The notes below the pieces were generated by a model that saw only the letters and a program-made list of their open reading frames with translations, was not told the DNA's origin and searched no databases. Shown here piece by piece: positions 37,528-44,797 of a DNA stretch of 64,000 nt. Made by a program: the position numbers and the translations under genes. The DNA comes from Pyrinomonadaceae bacterium (GTDB lineage: Bacteria > Acidobacteriota > Blastocatellia > Pyrinomonadales > Pyrinomonadaceae): NCBI GenBank assembly GCA_035644135.1, contig DASQPD010000188.1, positions 142,079-206,078 on the forward strand. The letters are read 5' to 3'. Positions within the stretch are counted from its first letter, which is position 1, and every line of letters begins with the position of its first letter.

Positions 37528-38817
37528 ATGAAAATTGTTCGCATTATCGCTCGCCTGAATGTTGGCGGACCGGCGCGTCACGTGGTCTGGCTCACTGGCG
37601 GATTGCAGGATGAGATGTGCGAGTCACTGCTGGTGGCAGGCACAGTGCCCGCGGGTGAAGATGACATGAGTTACTTTGCTCGCGACAACGGGATCTCCCC
37701 GGTGTATATCAAGGAGATGAGCCGGGAGATTTCATGGCGCGATGCGATTGCGGTGTGGAAACTGTATCGTCTGTTAGTGCGTGAACGGCCCGATATTGTC
37801 CATACCCATACAGCAAAGGCCGGCACTGTCGGCAGAGTTGCCGCCATTTGCTATCGCTGGCTTACTCCGGCAGTTTTGGCAGGACGACCGCGACCGTGCA
37901 AGGTCGTTCACACTTACCACGGTCATATCTTCCACAGCTACTACGGTACCCTGAAGACAGGAGTTTTTCTGTTGATTGAAAAGGCACTGGCCCGGCTGGG
38001 GACCCATCGGATCGTTGCGGTGAGCGAACAACAGCGGCAGGAAATTAGCGAGAAGTTTGGCGTCGGTCGCAAAGAACAGTTCGTCGTTATTCCTTTGGGT
38101 CTTGATCTCAGCCCGTTCGCCGGTTGGCAAAATCGACGACATATTTTTCGGCAGCAGCTGCCCGCGGGGGATGACGAGGTGGTTGTCGGTATCGTGGGCC
38201 GCCTCACGGATGTGAAAAACCATCAGCTGTTTCTTGAAGCGGTCAGCATATTCAAAAAGGACGCGGGAACCGATCGGCGGGTGAAGTTTGTGATCATTGG
38301 CGATGGCGGTTTGCGCCGGCAACTCGAAAACCAGGTGAAAGAATTAGGGCTTGAGGCCGATGTCACGTTAGCCGGCAACCGAACTGATCCGCAGAACTTT
38401 TATCCGGCGTTGGATATTGTTGCTCTTACTTCGAAAAACGAAGGAACACCGTTGACGCTCATTGAAGCAATGGCCAACGAGCGGGCCGTAATCGCCACGG
38501 CAGTTGGCGGCGTTGTCGATCTGCTTGGTGAGCCCGTTTCCGGAGCGCGAGAGGGTGGCTATGTCGTCTGCGAGCGAGGTGTCCGCGTTCCCGCTTCAGA
38601 CGCGCAGTCGTTTGCCGCCGGTCTCGCTCGCTTGGTGTCCGACGGCCGTTTGCGCGCTGAATTGGGAGAACGCGGTTTAAGATTCGTGGAACAGCACCAT
38701 TCGAAAGAGCGGCTGTTGAGTGATGTAAAGAATCTCTATGGTGAGCTCATGCAACTCGCGCCAGAGACGCTGGGCGTGCGCTCGCCGGAAGAGCCGACGT
38801 GTAACGCAAGCTGTTAG
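37528..38817 (+). CDS. Family 4 (GT-B) glycosyltransferase with an extended C-terminal tail
   Basis: N-terminus MKIVRIIARLNVGGPARHV. E-x7-E region is EGTPLTLIEAMANERAVIATAVGGVVD. The last 5 codons (CNASC) and the stop lie inside the palindromic element at 38801-38873. Confidence 0.85.
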   Translation: MKIVRIIARLNVGGPARHVVWLTGGLQDEMCESLLVAGTVPAGEDDMSYFARDNGISPVYIKEMSREISWRDAIAVWKLYRLLVRERPDIVHTHTAKAGTVGRVAAICYRWLTPAVLAGRPRPCKVVHTYHGHIFHSYYGTLKTGVFLLIEKALARLGTHRIVAVSEQQRQEISEKFGVGRKEQFVVIPLGLDLSPFAGWQNRRHIFRQQLPAGDDEVVVGIVGRLTDVKNHQLFLEAVSIFKKDAGTDRRVKFVIIGDGGLRRQLENQVKELGLEADVTLAGNRTDPQNFYPALDIVALTSKNEGTPLTLIEAMANERAVIATAVGGVVDLLGEPVSGAREGGYVVCERGVRVPASDAQSFAAGLARLVSDGRLRAELGERGLRFVEQHHSKERLLSDVKNLYGELMQLAPETLGVRSPEEPTCNASC

Positions 38818-38873
38818 CTTGCGTGCGTGGTGAATCCACGCAAGGTCGGACGCAAGCTAACAGCTTGCGTTAC
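38801..38873. repeat. Nested-palindrome (REP/MITE-like) element, copy 1
   Basis: The arm gtaacgcaagctgttagcttgcgt (38801-38824) is the exact reverse complement of 38850-38873. Each arm is itself a hairpin (acgcaagc-tgtta-gcttgcgt). There is also a central hairpin gcgtgg-tgaat-ccacgc. A second copy lies at 52327-52398. Confidence 0.85.
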
Positions 38874-38902
38874 CAGCACTTACTCAGAAAGGGAAACCAA
38901 AC

Positions 38903-39880
38903 TTGCGAGTGCTCATTACTGGAGGCGCCGGATTTATCGGCTCTCATCTGGCCGATGCTTATCTCGAGCGCGGCGACGAAGTCTTTGTAATTGACGATCT
39001 CTCGACTGGAACAATCGAGAATATCCAGCATCTCAAAAACAATCCGCGTTTTCATTACACAATCGATACAGTCCACAACCATCCCGTTGCCGCCGAGCTG
39101 GTGGACCAGTGTGACGTGATTTTTCATCTTGCTGCCGCGGTAGGTGTAAAGCTGATCGTGGAAAGCCCGGTGAGAACGATCGAGACCAATGTTCGCGGCA
39201 CGGAAGTCGTGCTGGCATTGGCCAACAAGAAAAAGAAGAAGGTCTTGATAGCCTCGACCTCGGAAGTCTATGGCTTGAGCACTGACGTTCCCTTTCGCGA
39301 AGATGGAAATCTGGTGATGGGAGCTACCACCAAGGGTCGCTGGAGTTACGCCTGTTCCAAGGCGATCGATGAGTTCCTGGCACTTGCTTACTGGCGCGAG
39401 AAAAAGCTGCCGACAATTATCGTCCGTCTCTTTAATACCGTCGGTCCGCGACAGACTGGACAATACGGCATGGTAATTCCGACGTTCGTGAAACAGGCCC
39501 TTTCTGGACGACCTATTACAGTTTATGGCGACGGCAAACAGAGCCGTTGTTTTGGCTATGTCGGCGACGTCGTCGGCGCGCTACTCAAGCTTATGGACCA
39601 CCAGGAGGCGGTTGGCCAGGTTTTCAACATCGGTTCGAATCGCGAGATCACGATTCTCGATCTCGCCCGGCGGGTAAAGGAGTTGACGAACTCGAAGTCG
39701 GAGATCGTGTTCGTGCCCTACGATGAAGCCTACGAAGAAGGATTTGAAGACATGCCGCGCCGCGTTCCCGACATCAGTAAGATAAGTGACCTGGTCGGCT
39801 TTGAACCCCGCATGGAGCTTGAAGGCATATTGCAAAGCGTCATCGAGTTTCACAGCCACTCACAGGCCGTCGGCGGTTAA
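38903..39880 (+). CDS. NAD-dependent nucleotide-sugar epimerase/dehydratase (UDP-glucuronate-decarboxylase/ArnA-C-like SDR)
   Basis: Start at TTG 38903 or GTG 38909. Motifs are TGGAGFIGSHL, catalytic YACSKAIDE and FNTVGPRQ. Confidence 0.85.
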   Translation: MRVLITGGAGFIGSHLADAYLERGDEVFVIDDLSTGTIENIQHLKNNPRFHYTIDTVHNHPVAAELVDQCDVIFHLAAAVGVKLIVESPVRTIETNVRGTEVVLALANKKKKKVLIASTSEVYGLSTDVPFREDGNLVMGATTKGRWSYACSKAIDEFLALAYWREKKLPTIIVRLFNTVGPRQTGQYGMVIPTFVKQALSGRPITVYGDGKQSRCFGYVGDVVGALLKLMDHQEAVGQVFNIGSNREITILDLARRVKELTNSKSEIVFVPYDEAYEEGFEDMPRRVPDISKISDLVGFEPRMELEGILQSVIEFHSHSQAVGG

Positions 39881-39936
39881 CTCACGTCACAGTGCAAACA
39901 AATCCACCAACTGCGGAAGCTGTGAAAAAAGGAAAC

Positions 39937-40046
39937 TTAGCCGCAGATTAACGCCGATAACGCGGTTCAGAACAGGTAAGGAGTTAAAAACCTACGAAGT
40001 TACTATTCGGTTTTGATTTGCGTCATCCGGGTTAATCTGCGGCTAA
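39937..40046. repeat. Perfect 16-bp inverted repeat flanking a 78-bp spacer
   Basis: The arm ttagccgcagattaac (39937-39952) is the exact reverse complement of gttaatctgcggctaa (40031-40046). It lies in the 253-bp intergenic region upstream of the initiating transferase. Confidence 0.7.
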
Positions 40047-40133
40047 TGTTTTTTATGAATCCGGGTGTGCTGATGACTAGCTTGCAAAATTACGCTAGGA
40101 TTTCCCCGTCGTTTCATTTCCTCGTCGGCGCAG

Positions 40134-41933
40134 ATGCTGCTTAACACATCCAATCTTGTGGCGGTGGCCGCTTCGTTCGGAATGGCCCTCGTCCTGACAC
40201 CAGTCGTGCGCGCTATCGCTCGACGTGTCGGGATGGTTGCCAAACCCAAGACCGATCGCTGGCATAAGAAACCCACAGCCATGCTTGGGGGCGTCGCGAT
40301 CTGGGTTCCGGTGGTGCTGTGTTACCTGATCTTTGTTCCCCATACTCCTTACGGCTGGGTGGTGATCGGCTCCAGCACCTTTCTGTTCCTGGTCGGCCTC
40401 GTCGATGACATCATCCACACAAAGCCTTATCAGAAACTGATCGGCCAGGTGCTGGGCTCGGCATTCGTTATTTATTACGGACTGCACCTGCCTTGGACTC
40501 ACTCGCTTCCACTAGATATGGCGATCACCATCTTCTGGTTGATCGGGATCAGTAACGCGCTCAATCTACTCGATAACATGGATGGCCTTGCAGCCGGCAT
40601 CGCTGTGATTGCTTCCGGCTTTCTGGCGTGGAGTTTTTTGACGACCGGGCAATATGCCGATGCGATGATGTTGCTTACGTTTGCGGGAGCTTTGCTCGGC
40701 TTTCTCCTCTACAATTCGCATCCGGCGTCGATCTTCATGGGCGATTGCGGCTCGCTCTTCATCGGATTCTTTCTGGCGAGTTCGGCCCTGGTAAATGTCT
40801 CGGGTGGACGATCGCGCAGCTTCCTGCCGGTGCTCGCGGTACCTATCCTGGTACTGTTCATTCCGATCTTTGACACGACTTTAGTCACCGTCCTGAGAAA
40901 ACTTTCAGGCCGAGCTGCGTCACAGGGCGGCCGCGACCATACTTCGCATCGACTCGTGGCCCTCGGCCTGTCGGAACGACATGCAGTTTGGATGCTCTAC
41001 GGCTTTGCCGCTTTATCGGGACTTGTAGCGGTGATGGTCCAACGAGTGAAGACTGATGTCAGCCTCGCGGCGATTGCCGGATTCACCATCCTCTTGACCT
41101 TAATCGGCGTCTATCTGGCGGGCGTAAAGGTTTACGATGAATCCGATGAAGCCCTGGCGCTGAAGGAAAAGCCACTTTATGCGTTTTTGGTTGATCTTTC
41201 CTACAAACGGAGGATATTTGAGGTCCTGCTCGATCTGGTATTGATCATCCTCGCATATTGGAGCGCCTATGCGATCAAATTCGGCGCTTTTTCGAGGAGT
41301 CCCGCGTGGACCTTGTTCCTGCGCACTTTGCCGGTACTCGTCTTCGTGAAGATGCTGGTCTTCTTGAGCCTGGGAGTGTACCGCGGCATCTGGCGGTACA
41401 CGAGCGTCGACGATCTTATCCTATTCGCAAAAGCGGTAGTGCTTAGTTCAGTCGCCAGTGTGGTTGCGGTCCTTTTCAAATTTCGCTTTGAGGGTTTTTC
41501 CCGCACGGTTTTCCTGATTGACGGCTTGTTGATGCTCATGTTTCTGGCCGGGAGCCGCATGGCTTTTCGACTCTTTCGCCAGATGATTCCCGCGGGCAAG
41601 GCGGGTGGAGGGCGGCGCGTCTTGATTTATGGAGCGGGAGATGGCGGCGAATTGATTTTGCGAGAACTGCAAAACAACCGGAAATTGAAACTATCGCCAG
41701 TCGCTTTTCTTGATGATGACCCCGCCAAGAGTGGCAAGGTTATTCATGGACTGAAGGTGATCAACGGAAATGGCGATCTTGGTGCGCTGTGTGCGCGACA
41801 TGAAATCGATGAGATCGTTATCTCGAGTTCGAAAATGCCGGAAGAGCGCGTCGAAGAGATCTTGCTTTGCTGCAATGAACGCCGAATCACTGTCAAGCGA
41901 ATGCGTATTACGATCGAAGAACTTTCCAACTAG
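40134..41933 (+). CDS. WecA/MraY-family polyprenyl-phosphate HexNAc-1-phosphate transferase fused to a CapD/WbpM-N-terminal-like membrane plus Rossmann-like module
   Basis: PNPT motifs are NALNLLDNMDGLAAG and IFMGDCGSLFIGF within residues ~1-330. These are followed by extra TM segments and VLIYGAGDGGELILREL...PVAFLDDDP.K.G...HGL.V. Confidence 0.8.
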   Translation: MLLNTSNLVAVAASFGMALVLTPVVRAIARRVGMVAKPKTDRWHKKPTAMLGGVAIWVPVVLCYLIFVPHTPYGWVVIGSSTFLFLVGLVDDIIHTKPYQKLIGQVLGSAFVIYYGLHLPWTHSLPLDMAITIFWLIGISNALNLLDNMDGLAAGIAVIASGFLAWSFLTTGQYADAMMLLTFAGALLGFLLYNSHPASIFMGDCGSLFIGFFLASSALVNVSGGRSRSFLPVLAVPILVLFIPIFDTTLVTVLRKLSGRAASQGGRDHTSHRLVALGLSERHAVWMLYGFAALSGLVAVMVQRVKTDVSLAAIAGFTILLTLIGVYLAGVKVYDESDEALALKEKPLYAFLVDLSYKRRIFEVLLDLVLIILAYWSAYAIKFGAFSRSPAWTLFLRTLPVLVFVKMLVFLSLGVYRGIWRYTSVDDLILFAKAVVLSSVASVVAVLFKFRFEGFSRTVFLIDGLLMLMFLAGSRMAFRLFRQMIPAGKAGGGRRVLIYGAGDGGELILRELQNNRKLKLSPVAFLDDDPAKSGKVIHGLKVINGNGDLGALCARHEIDEIVISSSKMPEERVEEILLCCNERRITVKRMRITIEELSN

Positions 41934-41947
41934 ACAGACTGGGCTTT

Positions 41948-43240
41948 ATGGCTGAGGTGATCCAAATCGATGCCCGCAAGGCGTTCGCACGAATCCTGAT
42001 GCTGCTCCTTTTGGCGCTGGCGTTGGTGTGGAGTTGGTTTGTAGTCCGCTGGTATGTCGGGAATACGATGGCGGAATATTTTGATCCCGATGAAGGTGAT
42101 ATTAAATCCTTAAGAACCGCAGTCTCGTTGGCGCCTAATGATCCTCTGCCACACTGGCGTTTGGGTGACATTGTCCAGAGGAAATTTCCGCCCGACCAAC
42201 TGGGCCAGGCGATCCAGGAATACGAGAAAGCGGTGAGTCTTTCGCCCAATGACTATCGATTCTGGATGTCGCTGGGCAGGGCGCTTGAAGAGTATGGCGA
42301 CACTGAACGGGCCGAGAAAGCCCTGCGCCGCTCCGTCGAACTGGCGCCATCGTATTCGTACCCGGCCTGGTTTTTGGGCAACCTGCTGCTCCGCGACGGG
42401 CGTTACCCGGAAGCTTTTGCGGAGCTTCGCCGCGCGAGCGAAAGCAATGCCGAGCTCCGTCCCCAGCTTTTTAATCTCGCCTGGGAGGTTTACAACGCCG
42501 ACATCGAGACCGTAAAGACGGCCATCGGTTCGACTCCCGAGGCAAGGGCCCAGTTTGCGGAATACCTGCTCGGGCGCGATAGAGCGGACGATGGTCTCAA
42601 GGTATGGGGCACTCTGAGCGAGAGTGAAAAGAAGGCAAACCGCGACGCGGGCAAGTCGATGCTCACTACGCTGCTTGCGGCAAAGCGTTTTCATGAGGCG
42701 ATGTCGATATGGAATGACCTGTCGCCTTCGATAAACTATCGCGCCAGCATTGGAAAAATCCTTGACGGCGGTTTTGAAGATGACCTGCCGCGAGAAGGTG
42801 ACACGATTTTCGGCTGGCAAGTAAAGACCGCTCCGCAAACTCAAATCGGAATTGACGTGAACACCGGCCACGCCAGTAATCGCAGTTTGCGTCTGACGTT
42901 CCAGGTCAACTCGCGTCTCGATGCGATCAACGTTTCTCAGGTAGTCGCGGTGCTGCCGGCCACAACTTACAACTTTGAGTGCTACATCAGAACGCAAAAC
43001 TTGCAGAGCGCAGCTACTCCCATAATTCAAATTGCCGACGCTGCCGATGGATCGATTTTCGCCACCTCCGATCCGGCGCCGTTGGGTACCAATGGCTGGC
43101 AGCGGCTGGGGCTCACTTTCAAGACAGGGGAAAAATCCGGCGCGGTCGTGGTCCGCTTCGCCCGCGCTTCTTGCGGAGACAATTCTGTCTGTCCGATCTT
43201 TGGCACAGTCTGGTATGACGACTTCTCTCTCAGCCGCTGA
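41948..43240 (+). CDS. Membrane-anchored TPR-repeat protein with a C-terminal beta-sandwich (CBM_4_9/galactose-binding-like) domain
   Basis: N-terminal TM ILMLLLLALALVWSWFVV. TPR-like repeats include AIQEYEKAVSLSPNDYRFWMSLGRALEEYGDTERAEKALRRSVELAP. The C-terminus GGFEDD...GWQ...SLRLTF...WQRLGLTF...WYDDFSL resembles carbohydrate-binding jelly-rolls. Confidence 0.6.
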   Translation: MAEVIQIDARKAFARILMLLLLALALVWSWFVVRWYVGNTMAEYFDPDEGDIKSLRTAVSLAPNDPLPHWRLGDIVQRKFPPDQLGQAIQEYEKAVSLSPNDYRFWMSLGRALEEYGDTERAEKALRRSVELAPSYSYPAWFLGNLLLRDGRYPEAFAELRRASESNAELRPQLFNLAWEVYNADIETVKTAIGSTPEARAQFAEYLLGRDRADDGLKVWGTLSESEKKANRDAGKSMLTTLLAAKRFHEAMSIWNDLSPSINYRASIGKILDGGFEDDLPREGDTIFGWQVKTAPQTQIGIDVNTGHASNRSLRLTFQVNSRLDAINVSQVVAVLPATTYNFECYIRTQNLQSAATPIIQIADAADGSIFATSDPAPLGTNGWQRLGLTFKTGEKSGAVVVRFARASCGDNSVCPIFGTVWYDDFSLSR

Positions 43241-43262
43241 GGTTGATCCAACTTCAGCTCAA

Positions 43263-44726
43263 ATGCAAAAACCGGAGACGCGTTCGCCGTCTACCGGTTT
43301 TCGTTTTCGACATACTCTGGCAAGCCGGTTCGCTTTTCTTATCCTGTGTGTGGCAATTGTTCTTTCCGCACTGGCTTATGGCACGGTGCACTATTGGGCT
43401 TTGGCCATATTCAGTCTGGGTGCGGCGGCCATGGTCGGGCTCTGGGTGTTGGACGGATGGGGGTTGGGATTCTTGCGGCTCAGTCGAAACAGCTTGCAAC
43501 TGCCGTTGTTGGGCTTGCTCGCTCTTGGCTTGGTGCAATTGCTTCCGCTGCGGAACGCTGAGGGCGGCGCCGGTCTGACTGTGGCCGCGGTTCGTTCATT
43601 ATCGTTTGACCCATACTCAACGCGTTTATTCCTGGTCCAGGCAGCGGCTCTCTTTATCTACTTCGCCGCGGCGCTGGTTTTCACCGACACCCCTCATCGA
43701 CTGCGTTTACTGGTCAGAACCATTACGATCTTCGGGTTTTTTCTGGCGCTCTTCGGACTGACACAATCTTTCACCAGCCCAAATAAAGTTTATTGGGTGC
43801 GAGAGTTGGCTCAGAGCTCGGCTTTCGGACCGTTTATTAATCGTCACCACTTTGCCGGGTACATGGAACTGACTATAGCGTTACCCCTGGGGCTGATTTT
43901 CGCCGGGGCCATTGAGAAAGAGAAAAGATTCATCTACTTGTTTGCCGCCGGTCTGATGGCCGTGGCGCTGATCATGACCAACTCTCGCGGTGGAATCATA
44001 AGCCTGGTAGCGGAAGTACTTTTTCTTGCCGTTATTGGAGGAATCCGCCGCCGCAAGCGAAGCGAGGAAAAGACTCGCCGTGGACCCGGGACTGCGGCTC
44101 GTACTGCCCTGGCATTGGCCCTGATCGTTGTCTTCTTTGCGGGTGTGGTGCTGCTCGGTGGTGAGGGAGCGCTGAGCCGTTTTGTGGGAACCGTAAATAC
44201 CGAGGATCCAACTACCGGCCGCGCACACTTTTGGAGTGTGACGGTGGACATTATCAAGGCCCATCCGTTTCTCGGCACCGGCCTGGGGGGCTTTGGACTC
44301 GTTTACACGCGCTACGATTCACGCAATGGCTTGTTTCGACTGGAACAAGCTCATAACGATTACCTGCAAATTCTTTCTGACGCGGGAATTATAGGCGCCG
44401 GAATGGCACTGCTGTTTGTGATTTTGTTGTTTCATCGCGCCTTCGTACGCCGTGAGTCTCGAGACGACTTTCGCCGCGGCGTGTGTATAGGTGCGCTTAG
44501 TGGTTGTTTTGCGGTGCTGGTGCATAGCTTTTTCGATTTCACTCTTCATACCACCTCAAACGCTTTATTGTTTCTTGTTCTGGCGGCACTGGCTACGATG
44601 AACGGACGGGTTGAGCAACCGCAGGCGCGCCGCAGACGCCGTCGTCGCTCAGCAGCGCCAACTACCTCGACGCCAATGACTCCAACTCAAGAACCAGTTG
44701 AGGTCAGCGAGCCTGCGCGAGTATGA
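43263..44726 (+). CDS. Wzy_C-domain membrane protein (O-antigen ligase / polymerase / O-oligosaccharyltransferase family)
   Basis: The ATG at 43263 follows the upstream stop; the 43032 start in the track overlaps it. It has multiple TM segments. Wzy_C-like stretches are TNSRGGIISL and AHPFLGTGLGGFG...EQAHNDYLQILSDAGIIG. The C-terminal tail is Arg-rich (ARRRRRRRS). Confidence 0.8.
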   Translation: MQKPETRSPSTGFRFRHTLASRFAFLILCVAIVLSALAYGTVHYWALAIFSLGAAAMVGLWVLDGWGLGFLRLSRNSLQLPLLGLLALGLVQLLPLRNAEGGAGLTVAAVRSLSFDPYSTRLFLVQAAALFIYFAAALVFTDTPHRLRLLVRTITIFGFFLALFGLTQSFTSPNKVYWVRELAQSSAFGPFINRHHFAGYMELTIALPLGLIFAGAIEKEKRFIYLFAAGLMAVALIMTNSRGGIISLVAEVLFLAVIGGIRRRKRSEEKTRRGPGTAARTALALALIVVFFAGVVLLGGEGALSRFVGTVNTEDPTTGRAHFWSVTVDIIKAHPFLGTGLGGFGLVYTRYDSRNGLFRLEQAHNDYLQILSDAGIIGAGMALLFVILLFHRAFVRRESRDDFRRGVCIGALSGCFAVLVHSFFDFTLHTTSNALLFLVLAALATMNGRVEQPQARRRRRRRSAAPTTSTPMTPTQEPVEVSEPARV

Positions 44727-44797
44727 TTGGCGCGCTATCCAGTCTCGAAAAGCAGTCTGCATTCTCTCCCGAATAAACGAAAAGGAGACGCCAATAC

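Noticed and set aside
42110-43030. Long antisense ORFs are listed in the track: 306 aa at this position, and also 5773-6498, 38870-39463, 37774-38322, 34709-35218, 26304-26810, 20823-21299 and 49316-49843.
   Set aside because: Each lies entirely opposite a plus-strand gene with clear family motifs. Each has no recognisable motifs and a low-complexity Arg/Ser/Gly-rich composition typical of shadow ORFs.
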